DNA from: Narcine bancroftii
Lineage: Eukaryota
Reading direction: 5' to 3'
DNA length: 64,000 nucleotides
NCBI RefSeq assembly: GCF_036971445.1
Contig: NC_091480.1
Span: 30,814,001 to 30,878,000, forward strand
A model generated the notes under the pieces. That model was not told the DNA's origin. It worked only from the letters and a program-made list of their open reading frames with translations, and did no database searches. A program made the position numbers and the translations under genes. Below, one piece after another: positions 24,381 to 37,779 of this stretch. The stretch's first letter is position 1. Each line of letters opens with the position of its first letter.

Positions 24381-25557
24381 GTAAGATAAATTTTATCTTT
24401 AGATTTAGACATACAGATTTAGACATACAGTCTGGTAACAGACCCTTTCGGCCCATGAGCCCCGTGCCGCTGAATTACACTCTATTATCCTACAACTCCA
24501 TACATTTTGAAGGCTAACTATGATATCCCAAATGACTGGGAATTACAGATGAAAGAGGGTCATTAAACACAATTTATCTCACGGGACTACAAAAAGTATG
24601 CAAGGAAGGAAGGACCTGATCCTGGTGATATTTTCTGATTAGCGGGCAGGGTGAATTTCTGCCACCTTCTCTCTGAGAGGAAGCAGCCATTAGCATCTAC
24701 TTTTCGGCCTGGATAGTGGACCTATTTCTGCAGGAAAGCATCACTTCTCCACTTCAGTTTAACATGGTGCCTCCAGAAACAATCTATACACACACTCTCA
24801 AGCGCCCTTCCTCAGTTGCTGTGACAACCAAATATTGTATGGATTATATTGACATTGAGGAATAACCATGACTGTTAAGTCCATGACTGTTTATAAGATC
24901 TCAGGGGTCAATTTTACCCCATGTTAGCAATCTGATGTTTGTATATAAGTATTTTTTTTTCCATTGAGTGGCTTTGGCTTGCATGCACCACCTTGAGATG
25001 GGTATATACAATTCAAGCAGGCTGAAAATGTTACTTCTATCATCTCTCCTTGAATCATTTGCAGGGATTACTATTTCATCATCTACTACTCTTTTGAAAG
25101 GGGCTTCATTGTTGGCACTGAACTAGCCTTGTTAGACTTTGAAACGATGGCTACTGGGAAAAAAATGGCAGCACTGCCGGAGCTGCTGCGGTGGCAGGGC
25201 TTCCGCTGGTGCAGACCCAGGAGAGTGGAGAGGGCAGACACAGCGCACCTCCAAAGGGTTCAAAGGCCTGTTGAAGGAGCTGATGATGTTTTATTTTAAA
25301 ATCCTGTAACCATGGGGGTCTGTGCCCAAGATGCTCAGCTTTGGCCTTGAGGGGTCGCAGACTCTAGGTGAGTGGTGGACTGGTGCAGGGCACCAGAAAC
25401 TGTGAGTACATTTCCTGATGAGAAGGAGAGGCAGAGGAGATGACCCAACAGGACAGTGACCACAGAGATGACGGTCTCAGCGGCTGAGGGACCCATGCAG
25501 GCTGAGGGCGACTTGTGGTCAGGGGAGCCACAGAGGCTGCAGTCTGCTGGAGACTTG

Positions 25558-25773
25558 TGATGCACCATCAATGACTCAAAAGATAGAAGTTGAGCAAACA
25601 TGATAGAATGCAATAGAATGCAGGCACATCTCTGCTGGTCAACTGTCCTGAACTGAGGAGGCGACTGTGGGATAGTCACCTTTATTCAGGAGCCTGTGGG
25701 AGGGGCTACAGGTACAGTCGGCCAATGGGTGTGCCCAGACAACTATATATATTACATACAGTAGTTTACCACG
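25558..25773 (-). mobile_element. Short solo LTR (216 bp), related to the 15925 element
   Basis: TGATGCACC...TTTACCACG termini, TSD ACTTG (25553-25557 and 25774-25778). Confidence 0.82.
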
Positions 25774-27836
25774 ACTTGCTCATGGGAACCAGGCATCAGA
25801 ACTAGGATTTGAGAGGGTGCTGAGGCCAAGAAGGGCTCCCAAAGGGTCTTGGGCACTGAAGGCTTTCTGATCGTATCAGAAGTTTGGATCAGGAGCTTGG
25901 GTTGCTGATGGATTAAATAGGAGCTCTAGAGGCAAATTCACGGACATTCAGTGACTCTGAAAGGACTCCCTTTTGCTTCTCTTTTTCTCATACTGTAAGA
26001 GGCTCTGGACAACACTAATGGTGACACTTTGTCTGCCTTATGGCAGGCAGAAGGGAATTTTGTGTTATATTACATGTTCTGTACTATAACATAACAATAA
26101 AGGAATCTTGATGTTGCTCATTCATTTCCCATAATCTTAACTAGTTCTCCATGTTATTCCATCTTTTTTTGTTCTGGCTTTACTTAGCTCTTAAGAGAAT
26201 AGGGCACTAATCTAGGTTCTGCATGGAATTATCCATGATGCAATTTTAGCAATTAGTTCTGTGTATTACATCAAATGTTATCCTGATTATGATGTGCTGG
26301 ATTGATTCTACTTATCTTGAATGTCTTCAGTCAGACTGAATTTCTATAATTTGCAATATATTTATATTAATCTGCCAAAATTATACAATCATAGAATGAT
26401 AAGAAGCCTCGTCTGAGAGTCTAGACGGCTCTGAGCCTGTGTGAGCACAGTGTACGGGAAATTCAAACAATTCCACCCCTCTATAGTTTTGGATCCAATT
26501 CCCTATTGAAAGCCTTGGTTGAATCTACCTTGACCCCTCCCTTTCAGGCAATGGAAATCAGATGAAGTGTAATGTTACATTATTGATCGTCACAGTTAAG
26601 GATAAGTTGAGACAGGAGGATAAGAGCAACCTGCTCAACCTTTCTTTTTCAGTCACCCTCTTCCTTCCAGGAACACATCTGCTGAAATGTATGTGTTCTG
26701 TTTCCATTGCAAGTATATCCTTTCCTAAAATTTAAGTACCAAAACTCTACACAATTCTCAATTGCTGTCTCACAAGTTGCACCAAAACTTCCCTACTCTT
26801 TTACTTCATGTTCCTTGCACTCAAGGCCAACATCCCATGAGCTATCGGAATTACTTGCTGTAGCTTCATGCCAACCCATTGTGTTTTGTCCACTGGGATT
26901 TAAAGATCCCTTTGATTTGCAATGTTTTGTAGTCACACTCCATTTGGTTGCTACAATAATTTTTTTTTTTCATTCTTTCTTCCCAAATGGATAACTGTAC
27001 ATTTTCCCACATTATATTCCATCTGCCAACTTCTTGCTTGTTCATCTAACCTGACTATATTCTCCCCCCACCCCCCCCCCCCCCCACCACCCCTTGCAGG
27101 CTCTGAACAACTTCCTCATAATTTGTTAAGACACCTAGTCTGGATTGGGGACCAATAATCTGAAAGTAGTTTAAGAGAGTCATTAAGTAAATCCTGAAAA
27201 TCTGTAGACACTGTGGTTGAAGTAAAAACACAAAATGCTGGAGAAACTCAGCTGATCAAACAGTGTCCTTTATATAGCAAAGGTAAAAATACATTTTGAG
27301 AGAAATTATATTATTGGCACAATAAGATGTTTTTTTCCATTAAAATATAGAAATAAATTAAGGAAGAAATGCATGCAAAATCCAGTAAATTTCAAAATTT
27401 CTTGAAATTAATCAAAATTTAGGAGAGAGAACTAACCCCTGCATAAGCTATGTAAGATTGATATGTGGAATAATTTTGTAAGTAGATTAAAATGCTGGCA
27501 CGTCTAAAGTATGTGACAAGTAAGATAAATATGCCTTCATTTTTGTATTAGGAATTTCCAGTTATGTAATGTTTTCTTTACTCTTATTTCTGCACTTTAT
27601 AATTTTTAAAATTCTCTCTGTATTGCAGTTTATTTACATTCATTATCTGTTTACAGTTTCTTATTTGCTTCCATGTTTATGCTGTGTAGATTTTTTTTTG
27701 CACTACCAATTAGTGATAATTCTGCCACGCCCGCAGGAAAAAGTATCTCAGGGTTATATGTGATCTCATGTATGTACTCTGATATTAAATCTGAAATCTA
27801 AATTTGATCTGTTTATTTTGTTTTTTTAATTCCTAG

Positions 27837-27894
27837 ATCAAAGCATGAAAATCCATCCATTGATGGAAAAACAATTTTATCAATGAAGTTTTGA
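27837..27894 (+). CDS. ENPP7: ENPP7-like exon 6, cytoplasmic tail and stop
   Basis: Long pyrimidine tract then tcctag|; phase 2 gives RSKHENPSIDGKTILSMKF*. The total CDS of 1458 nt is a multiple of 3. Confidence 0.7.
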
Positions 27895-28254
27895 TTCTGA
27901 ACAGTTTATTATATCAACTAGTTTATCGGCTGCATCAAATTTCAAAAATTGTATTGCCATGATGTTAACTCAAGCTTGAAATATTGGAGTATTTCTTTCT
28001 TTATGACCACTGCTTTTATAGAGGAATATCATTTTAACCATCCTTAACAATGGGGAAATTCTGTATTTTTTTTTCTTTTTGTACATTGAAGAGACATAGC
28101 CAAAGCAAAAATCAACCCTTATGCTGCTATTACCTTAAAGTCAGGGCAACATTTCATGTTTTGGCAGCGTTAACATCAGTAGTTCCCAGTTATAGGGCCT
28201 GCAGTAATGTAATAGGGCATGATGTTCAAAACTTTCAATTTTAAAGTGAGATAG

Positions 28255-28472
28255 TGTGGTGAATGTCTGCCAAGCTGCCAGTCTCCCCTCTGGCGAGCCT
28301 TGCTGTACTAACATTGGCTGTGCATAATCTCTACTGTTAAGGACACTCCCCATGGGTATAACTGTATATGCACCTATTGTCTTTCATTATTGTACCGTGA
28401 GTTTCTGCTAATAAAAGCCATGATTATTGTTTGACCACATCGTCTTTGTCTACTTCATCAATTGGCACTTCA
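28255..28472 (+). mobile_element. Short solo LTR (218 bp) in or near the ENPP7 3' UTR
   Basis: TGTGGTG...CACTTCA termini, TSD GATAG (28250-28254 and 28473-28477), AATAAA at ~28410. Confidence 0.85.
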
Positions 28473-29540
28473 GATAGATCATGTGAAATTCATTGTGAGG
28501 TCTAGGTAGGAGTGGAGGGAGTGATTTATGTGTTAAAACTGCCAATTGTGGATTTCATTAACTTTCATGAAACAGAAATAGGTCATGAAGTTTAACAGAC
28601 GACAAACTTACAGCATAATTAAAGAATTTAATTCAAGTAAATACTGTTAATATAAATAATGCTCAACTGGCCAGGCAACATTGGTGGAGACCTGGGGAGT
28701 ATGAGGAATAGAAGGAGGTCAAATGGCTCTGATGGAGGTGAACAATGTAACACAGTGGTTGTTTCTCTCCCCAGAAATACTTGCCTGGCCTTTTGACCAT
28801 CTCCAGCATTATAAAAGAAGAATTTTATAGGTTGAACTGGAGCATCACAATATCATTAGCCATTGCAATCATATGATAATTGTTTATTTGGTACATGGTT
28901 AATATAATGAACCTAGGAAATGTAATATTAACTTGAAAAAACCTGCCTTTCTGACTGCTGTATTGTGTAAGCAATTTTGGGGATCTCCACCTTGTTTGTA
29001 ACCAGTGAGCTGTAGTGCTTTGCCTGAAGGGGGATGATCATACTGAGTGGATGACCCATTGTGGAAGAGTTGGTTGTGGTGACCCATTGCAGTGACCGAT
29101 ATATTGGATAAAACATGTTTGTGATCTAGTTACGGCTGTTTTCTCTTGTTTCTATTTTAATGCATCTGGAGTCGTAACAGATAAGATGGCAGACCTAAAA
29201 TGAGGAAACAGTAACTATTTAACTTCTTTTGATCTTTGCCTGTATTCAGAATATAGCTGGAATGTCATGTGATGCATTCATTGTATAAAGTATGTCTGCT
29301 AAGATCTGTAATTCAGAGCAGAGGGTGAATGGAAATGGACTCTCTCTCTCCTGGGAACTAAGAAAATAAAGCTCAGCGGACTGAGTATTGGAGTTGAGTG
29401 ATTATTGCATAGAAAATTTTTTTGGCACCTATCTCGGCTTCCTCCTAAAATCCCATCATCACATAAACCATTCAATTCACATTATGTGATATCAGAAATG
29501 GAAAGGAGCATTGAATTCTGCAAATGCTTTGGGACCAGTC

Positions 29541-29785
29541 TGTGGTGATACAACCACAGCACTGGGCCACGTGTCCACCAGCCAACTGCAAGGGATGACC
29601 TCTGCACCTGCAGGAAGACCACCTGGGAGGCTGACTCCACCTGGCTGGCTGTCAATCGCTGACCCATATATAGACTTGAGCAGGCCCCTCCCAGGCCAGT
29701 CACACGTGGAGCCATCGAGACTAGTGTACAACAGAGTTTAAGTGGATTAAAACCTGTAGTACAGTCTTTTCTGTGTTTTGTGTCA
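29541..29785. mobile_element. Solo LTR of the same family as 3210-3503 (an inverted fragment lies at ~30273-30339)
   Basis: Shares CCTGCAGGAAGACCACCT and GGCTGACTCCA..TGGCTGGCTGTCAATC with 3210-3503; flanked by CAGTC and TAGTC. Confidence 0.8.
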
Positions 29786-30419
29786 TAGTCAACACCTCAG
29801 CTGCAGTACTGAAGAAAGGTGTTCCAGAACAGCTGTGTCAACAGACAAGCTACTCCAGTACAGCTACAACACCGGCAATTACCTGACAATGTGAAAAATT
29901 GCCCAAGTATGTCTGATTCACATTAAACAGGATGCATCCAGCTGGTTCTCGTCAGCAAAGGGAAAATTCTTTCCTGCCATTATGAGACTCTTAAACACAA
30001 CACTTATTGGTAAAAGATTTTGCCCTGGTTGAATTATTACTTTTTTCTATACCCTGCACTTTGCCTTGTAACACTATATGCTGCACTTTTTGGTTTACTG
30101 TAACACCACACCCTGCACTTTTGTTTTATTATTGCACTACCTGTTGTACTTAAGTATGGGTTGACTTGCCTGGGTAGCACCAAAAACTTTTCACTGTACC
30201 TCAGTACATATGAGGTACATATTCAATTAAATTCAAAGTGATAGAAGATGTCATCAGTTGGTGCTAACTTACTGTGGTGCAGCAAGCGGACATAAAAGAC
30301 AGGAAAGACTGTACTACAGGCTTGAATCCACTTAAACTCTTGTGACAGATTTTGTTATGTTTATATTATATATAGATATGTTTTTGGGAGATAAATTAGG
30401 GCAGGTTTTTCAGAACAGA

Positions 30420-33390
30420 TATGCCGCTTTGGATATTGTTGGGGAGATGGCCCACCAGGAGAAGGCAGCAGTGGCCAGGATCATGGCACCATAGGTGGCT
30501 CTGCTGTGAGAGAGGGCAGGAAAAAGAGTGGTAGGGCAATAGTCATAGGGGATTCAATTGTCAGGGGAATAGACAGGAGCTTCTGTGGCTGCAAAAGAGC
30601 CTCCTGGGTGCAAGGGTCAGGGATGTCTCGGAGTGGCTAGAGGATGTTCTGGAAGGGAAGGGTGAACAGCCAGCTGTTGTGGTCCATATCAGTACCAACA
30701 ATATTGGGGAAAAAAAGGGATGAGGTCCTACAAGATGAATTTAGGGAGTTAGGAAATAAATTAAGGAGTAGGACCTCAACGGTAATAATCTCTGGATTGT
30801 TACCGATAGCTAGAATGAATATGTGGCTTGAACAGTAGTGTAGGAGGGAAGGATTTAGATTCTTGGAAGATTGAAACCGGTTCTGGGGCAGATGGGACGG
30901 ATACCAACTAGACGGACTGCATCTGAGCAGGGCCAGGACCAATGTCATTGGGGGTTTGTTTGATAGTGCTGATGGGGAAGGTTTAAACTAATGTGCCAGG
31001 GGGATGGGTACCAGTCCAGAGAGTCAGAGGGGTATAAAAAGGTAGAGGCAAAAGATAGCAAGGTGAAAAGCAATAGTGACAGGCAGGTAAAAGTCAAAAA
31101 GAGGTACTTATTTACATAATGATAAAAGGAATATGGATGTGGCTAAAGTCTGAAGACCTTATGTTTCAATGTAAGGAGCATTCGTAATCAAGTGGATGAA
31201 TTGAACGTGGAGTTAGCTATCAATGACTATGATATAGTTGGGATCACAGAGACATGGCTTCAGGGGAACCATGACTGGGAGCTCAACATTCAGGGTTATT
31301 CGACATTCAGGAGGGATAGATGGAATTGAAAAGGAGGTTAAGTAGCATTGTTGGTTAGGGAAGAGGTGAATGCGATAGAAAGGAAGGACATTAGCTTGGA
31401 AAATTTGGAATCGATGTGGGTAGAGCTGCGAAACACGAAGGGGCAGAAGACGTTAGTGGGTGTTGTGTACAGGCCACCTAACAGTAGCAGTGAGGTTAGG
31501 AATGGCATTAGGAAGGAAATTGGTAATGCGTGCAACAAAGGGACTGCAGTTATAATGCGTGACTTTAATCTACCAAATTGGTAAGGGTAAGGAAGAAGAG
31601 GATTTCTTAGAATGCATGTGGGATTGTTTTCTAAATTAGCATGTCGAGGAACCACCAAAGGAACAAACCATTCTAGACTGGGTACTAAGTAATGGAGAAG
31701 GGTTAATTAAAAATCTTGTTGTGAAGAATCCGTTGGGCAAGAGTGACCATAATATGGTGGAATTCATTAGAATAGAATGTGACAGAGTTGATTCAGATAC
31801 AAAGGTTCTGAACTTGAAGAGGCTAAAATAGATTGGCAAATGGTACTTAAAGGACTAACAATAGAAGTGCAATGGCAATTGTTTAAGGATAGATTGGAGC
31901 AAGTACAGCAGATGTATAAACTTAAAAAGAATAAATCAAGGAGGGTAGCGCATCCGTGGGCTAACAAGGGAAATCAGAGAGAGTATAAAATCCAAAGAAA
32001 CAGCATATAGACCAAAAAAATAATACTCCTAATGATTGGGATAAATTCAGTTTTGCAAAAGAGGACAGAAGGATTAATTAGGCAAGGTAAAAAAGATTAT
32101 GAGAGGAAGCTGGCAGGGAACATAAAAAATGACTGTAGATACGTTTTTATAGATACGTTAAGAAAAACAGGTTTGTTAAGACAAATGTGGGTCCGTTGAG
32201 GTCAGAAATGGGTGAGTTATAGAGCAGACTGTCTGAATGACTACTTTAGTTCTGTCTTCACTAAGGAGGACATAACTAATCTTCAGGAAATTGTTGAGGA
32301 TCGGGGACCTAATGTGAGGAAGGGTATAAAGGAAATAATTCTAAGTCGAGAGGTTGAATTAGTTAAATTGCAGGGATTAAAGGTGGATAAATCCCCTGAG
32401 CCAGATGGTCTCCATCCAAGAGTGCTGAAGGAAGTAGCCCAGGAAATGGTGGATGCATTAGTGATAATTTTTCAAACCTCTTTAGATACTGGATAGCTGG
32501 ATAGGATTGGAGGGTGGCCAACGCAACCCCACTCTTTAAGAAGGGAGGGTGAGAGAAACCGGGAAACTACAGACCAGTTAGCCTGACATCGGTCGTAGGG
32601 AAGGTGCATTTGGAGAGTAGTGGTATCACTGGAAGGAGTCAGTATGGTTTTGTGAAGGTAAAATCATGTCTGATGAATCTATTTAATAGAGTTTTTTGAG
32701 GATGTAACCAGTAGAGTGGATGGAGCTATCAGTGAATGTGGTAAATCTGGACTTTAGTAAGGCATTTGATAAAGTTCTGCGGAGAAGAATAGCGTACACA
32801 CTTAAAAAGAATGGTATAGGAGATATGGTATTAAGGTGGATAGAGAATTGGTTGATGGACAGGAAGCAAAGAGTAGGTATAAATGGGTACTTTTTGGAAT
32901 GGCACCCAGTGACCACAGGGCTCCGTGCTGGGGCCACAGTTGTTTACAATATATATCAATGCCTTAGATGTGGGAATAGATTGCAATCTCTCAAAATTTG
33001 CAGATAAAGTTGGGTGGCGGAGTCAGCTGTGTTGAGGACGCCAGGAGGGTGTAGAGTGATTTGGACAAGTTAGGCGAGTGAGCCAAGACATGGCAGATCC
33101 AATATAATGTGGATAAATGCAAGGAGGTAAGAACAGGAAAGAGGACTATTATATAAATGGTATCTGTTTAGGAAAAGGGGAGACACGGCGAGACTTGGGC
33201 GTGGCTGCGCATCAGTCGTCGAAAGTTGGCGTAGAGCTGCAGCAGGCGGTGAGGTTGGCATTCATAGCAGGAGGATTTGAGATCCTGCTGCAGCTGCACT
33301 GGGCCTTGGTGAGGCCACACCTGGAGGCCTGCGTGCAGTTTTGGTCTCCTTATCTGCAGGACAGAGGGGTGCAGAGAAGATTCACTAAAA
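30420..33390 (+). mobile_element. Long decayed CR1 LINE (ORF1 SGNH esterase part; ORF2 endonuclease and RT)
   Basis: IVIGDSIVRG (esterase); YDIVGITETW, GVVYRPP and GKSDHN (endonuclease); KSPEPDGLHPRVLKE, GNYRPVSLTS, LDFSKAFDKV and LVRPHLE..VQFWSP (RT). Many stops and frameshifts. Confidence 0.92.
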
Positions 33391-33698
33391 CAAAGGTGTC
33401 CAGAGGCAGTAATGGGTGGTTGACTTCTTTCCAAAGACTTCATCCTGCATTTAAAGCAGTATCCATAGTGAAGTGGGCATCTTGCTTTTAGACTCACTCT
33501 AAGTCTCGGTTGACGATCTTTACCCCGAGGTCCGTCCATTTCGTCAAGTAGGAGGGGGGGTTGAAGATTCAGTTCCACGAGGGGTTGACGTCGACCTCAT
33601 GCAGGAGGGGTCGATCTCTTCGAAGACCTGCTGACCCGGAAACGCTAATCTTGTCCGGCCAGTGACCCGGAAGCCGGCGGCGGGCTGTCCACAGAGGC

Positions 33699-33818
33699 AT
33701 GGCCGTGCAGGAGCGGGACAATGGCCCCGAGTGGAGGGAGCGTGAGGAGGGTGGCTTCCTCCTCACTTTCCAGCGGCTGTTTTTCGCCATGCGCTGCCGG
33801 GACAGCTTTCCCATGGCG
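33699..33818 (+). CDS. EEF2KMT: EEF2KMT (FAM86A) eEF2 lysine methyltransferase, exon 1 of 8 (358 aa in total)
   Basis: GGCATGG Kozak context; LLTFQRLFFAMR..SFP matches the FAM86 N-terminus; GCG|GTAGGT donor. Confidence 0.88.
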
Positions 33819-33935
33819 GTAGGTGATCTGCAGCCATTCGCCTCCGCTCGGCCGGGGGCGGAGAGCACACGGTTGTCGTTCCGTCACGGGGCTCCAATTG
33901 ATTTCTCTCTTTTCTTAAAAAAAAATACGTTCTAG

Positions 33936-33998
33936 GAGCTTGAAGATCGGTTGAAGAACAACAGAAATTCCGCTCTGTTGCATCGGATTTTGCGGCAG
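33936..33998 (+). CDS. EEF2KMT: EEF2KMT exon 2
   Basis: tctag|ELEDRLKNNRNSALLHRILRQ|gt; 63 nt. Confidence 0.9.
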
Positions 33999-34889
33999 GT
34001 ATACCGTCGGACTGGAATTCCCTTCTGTAGCCTCATTTTCGGATAGGGGGTTAAATTCGTATAAGAGGTAAAGCAGAAAACCTGCAGATGCAGCACGAAA
34101 AAAAAGTGCGGGAGACACTTAGTGGTTAATCAGTACTGGAACAAATTTAGAGGGCAGTGAATAACCAGTACAGACATCGTCTGAAGTTTGAGGCAGAAGA
34201 GATGCTGTCATCTCGATCAAAAATTGCTAACTCGATGCTTGCAAAACAATCTTTATTGCTGTATCAAATGATGACCGATTTGAACTTGGGATAGACGGCA
34301 GACACGGAGGCAAAGGGATGGTTGACATTTCAAGACTACGTTATCTCCCCTGCACTCTCAGACTAGGATGTGGAGTCTCAACGCGAAATGTCATTGATCT
34401 CTTTGTCTCCACAGTGACTTACTGAGCCTTTCCAGTATGTTTTTTACTCCAATTAGCAATATTTACTTGCAACTGCTTTATTCAGATGCTGAATAACCAA
34501 AAGAGGTTGATTATATTGAGGACTTTTTTAAAAAAAACTGTCTTCTTGAATGAAATAGCAGAATGCATAACTGGCCCCTTGGTTCCCCTGTATTCTAGAC
34601 CTCGTGTGTGATCTAGAGGTTAGATGAACCACTATGGAGAGATGGGCCAGATGCCCAGAAACCACTGTGATATGATGTTGAAAAAATAGGTGAACTCTTG
34701 CATTTATCAGTAGCAAAGTGGAAATGGATTTGATTTATCCTCACAACAATAAAATCAGTATTGGAATCAGGATACCGCCATGACAAAATAAAAAGAGAAA
34801 ATACACAAACTCTCAGCATCTCAGGCCACATCTGAATAAAAGAAACTGGTTCAGATTGAAGAATTTTTGTCGGAATTGGGAGAAATTGT

Positions 34890-35785
34890 TATCATAGAAC
34901 ACTACAGCACAGGCTCTTTGATGTGGTGATCCATATATATACCTTAAAACAATAATAAATCCTCCCTACCTGGTAGCCCTCTATTTTTCTTCCTTCCATG
35001 CCCCTAAGAGTCTCTTAAATGCCACTAATGTTTCATCCTCTACCACTGTCCCTGGCAAGACATTCCAGGCACCCTCAACTGTCTGTGATTATTAAAAAAA
35101 AACTTACCTCAAAATCCCCTCTAAACTTCCCTCCCTTCACTTTGTACATATATCCTCTGGTGTTTGCTATTTCTGCCCTGGGAAAAAGGTGTGGGCTGTC
35201 CACCCTATCTATGCCTCTCATAATCTTGTAGACTTCTATTGTCTCCTCTCATCCTTCACTGCTCCAAAGAGAAAAGTTCCAGCTCTGCTAACTTTGCCTC
35301 ATAAGACATATTTTCAAATCTAGGAAACATTCTGCTAAATCTCCCCTGTACCCTCTCTATAGCCTTCCTATATTGAGGTGACCAAAACTGAATACTCCAA
35401 GTGCAGTCTCACCAGAGATTTGTACAGTTGCAACATGATCTCTCGACTCCTGAACTCAATCCCCCTATTAATGAAGCCCAACGTCCCATAGGCCTTCTTA
35501 ACTATCTGATCAACCTGTGCGGCGACCTTGAGGGATATATGGATTTGGTCCCCGAAGTCCCTCTGTTCATCCACACTCTAGGTACACGACCATTAACCCT
35601 GTACTCAGCCTTTTGGCTTGTCCTTACAAAATGCATCACTTCACATTTATCTGGATTGAACTCCATCTGCCACTTTCCCGCCCAACTCTGCATCCTGCCT
35701 ATATAATTTTGTAAATTATGACGACCTTCAACACCATCCACAAGTTGCCCAACCTTTGTATCATCCGCAAACTTAATGACCCGCA
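34890..35785 (-). mobile_element. CR1 LINE 3' fragment
   Basis: KFADDTK, WQMEFNPDKCEVMHF, LQLYKSLVRLHLEY. Confidence 0.88.
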
Positions 35786-35789
35786 AACT

Positions 35790-35910
35790 TAGTGGTTTTC
35801 AAACTTTTTCTTACCCCTCATATATCACTTTAAGTAATCACGGAGCACCAATGGCATAGAGATTACTTAAAGTGGTATGTGGGTGGAAAGAAAAAGTTTG
35901 ACAACCATTG
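35790..35910. mobile_element. Small hAT-like MITE
   Basis: Imperfect TIRs TAGTGGTTTTCAAACTTTTT and AAAAAGTTTGACAACCATTG; no clear 8-bp TSD. Confidence 0.55.
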
Positions 35911-36230
35911 ATCTCGATCAATATTAAAAATCAAAATATTTTTTAGTGGATGATTCAAATTTCTAAATGTAACAATCCAATAGTAATTACAAAATTCTTA
36001 GATTTTCTGCAAGTGTAACTGTTCACAGCATCTGATGACTTTTCAAAAATTAAGACTGTTTTTGAAAGTATAGATATTGAATATCATTTGATTGAGGAAA
36101 TTAGAAAATCAAAGATTGGTCCAACCAAAAACACGGGTATTGTGTTGTTGCCCCTGTGGAAGCCAAGTTATAAAAATATTAATAAAATTGATATATAAAC
36201 TACAATTGCATTTCTTAATTATTTTGTTAG

Positions 36231-36311
36231 ACAGTTCTTCATCCTCTTTGCAAAAAATATCCTCCATCAGTGAAGTACAGAAGATTTTTTCTATCTGAAC
36301 TGATTAAAAAG
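36231..36311 (+). CDS. EEF2KMT: EEF2KMT exon 3
   Basis: ag|TVLHPLCKKYPPSVKYRRFFLSELIKK|gtatgt; 81 nt. Confidence 0.95.
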
Positions 36312-36649
36312 GTATGTTGTTTTAAACTACTGAAATCGTAGTTTGAAGAATGTCAGGGAAATAATTGTTGAACAAATTAAAATCTTTACAAGAGATGACG
36401 CGTTGTTATAGTTTCTAGTCGGAAACCAGATTTGAGCTGCAAATAGAATATAATTTCTGATCAAAAAATATAATTATCATTTTTGTTTAAATGAATTTGC
36501 TAATTGATGCCTCTGGTAGCATCTGTAAAATTGATTTACAATGTTCGGTTATGGCCAGCCTTATTGTGTGTACTTGATGCAGGTGTAGGAAAATTTTTGT
36601 TTATATTCCTGTAAAATTGTATTCTCTAAAGTGTTTCTTCTTAATCTAG

Positions 36650-36751
36650 CATGAAATAACAGGCGCTGAGCCTTTAGATGATTTGTATGATGCACTGGGA
36701 GAGGTTCTGAGATCAGAAGATCCATTGGTGTGTTACAAGAACTATTTTCTG
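36650..36751 (+). CDS. EEF2KMT: EEF2KMT exon 4
   Basis: ag|HEITGAEPLDDLYDALGEVLRSEDPLVCYKNYFL|gt; 102 nt. Confidence 0.95.
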
Positions 36752-37645
36752 GTTGGTATACAACTTATTTTGTACAGTCATTTTTGACAAGCCTAATAAA
36801 AGTAAAAACATGCAAATTTTTATGCAATACATAAATAGTACATATGATTTAAAATTATTAATTTTCTGCTTTATTACCATTCCCATTCCATAAACAAGCA
36901 CCAATATAACCAAGTGTCCTCTTCAGTATTAAGGAAAGAAAAAAAAATAACAGTTATGCCCAGGGGATATTGATTGCTTGAAAATAATCAATAGTAGTCT
37001 TGTCTTTACAGCAGCTGGGAATCGAGATGAAATTGGGGTAAGCAGCCCAAAAAAGTGCTTCTTTAGTTTTTTTTCTTTATAATTTCCAGTGTCTCTCATC
37101 CACTAATTTTCTATTCTGTTAACAAAATTAGTTATTCATTTGGTGAACAATGTCCTTTTATATCTTGCACCCATTTGAGTAACTAATTTGTAGCAAGAAT
37201 ATTGTTATAGAAGCAAAGCAGTTCAGATATTGGTTATTATCTATTTCAATGGTTGGAAAGGAATTGAATACAAACTTCTCCACCCATGTACCCTTAATTA
37301 AAGGAAATAATGCTAACTATCTGTCTCTCCTTTTATTTTCTAATAAATATTTATTTCTGCCCATTTTGTTAACAGGTGTGTATAGGTCTTTAAATTTGCT
37401 GCTTTTTGAAAATCAGGGTTATGTGCCCATTCAAAAATGTTGTCAGGTTTCATGTGTGTGATTGCTATACACCCATCAGAATGTTGGGATGGGAAGTTGG
37501 GCCTTTATCCGCAGAGTCAGATACAGTATTAGGTTAAAATGCATGAAATCATTTTTTGTTGTGATTTACTTTCACAAAAAATGAGCAGTGGGAAATAAAT
37601 ACGTCAGTGTCTTCCATATTGTTTTTAAAGAAAATCATTATTCAG

Positions 37646-37779
37646 TTGTCAGGTGAGAACATTACACTTGCTGAAAATGTGGCAATAATTTCTGAAGGAA
37701 CCACTGGTCTGGTCACATGGGAAGCTGCTCTGTACTTTGCAGAATGGGCGATGGAAAACCCTGAGGTGTTTAAATGCAG
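37646..37779 (+). CDS. EEF2KMT: EEF2KMT exon 5
   Basis: AIISEGTTGLVTWEAALYFAEWA (MTF16-family W motif); 134 nt; phase-2 donor. Confidence 0.96.

Larger units (their letters stand above)
33500..34130. promoter_or_regulatory. CpG-island promoter of EEF2KMT with ETS motifs
   Basis: Dense CpG around exons 1-2; tandem CCGGAA sites at ~33637 and ~33667 just upstream of the ATG. Confidence 0.75.

Noticed and set aside
25065-25126. Phase-compatible alternative ENPP7 terminal exon (GITISSSTTLLKGASLLALN*)
   Set aside because: Weak acceptor, poorly hydrophobic product and adjacent to a repeat; exons 24257 and 27837 explain the C-terminus better.
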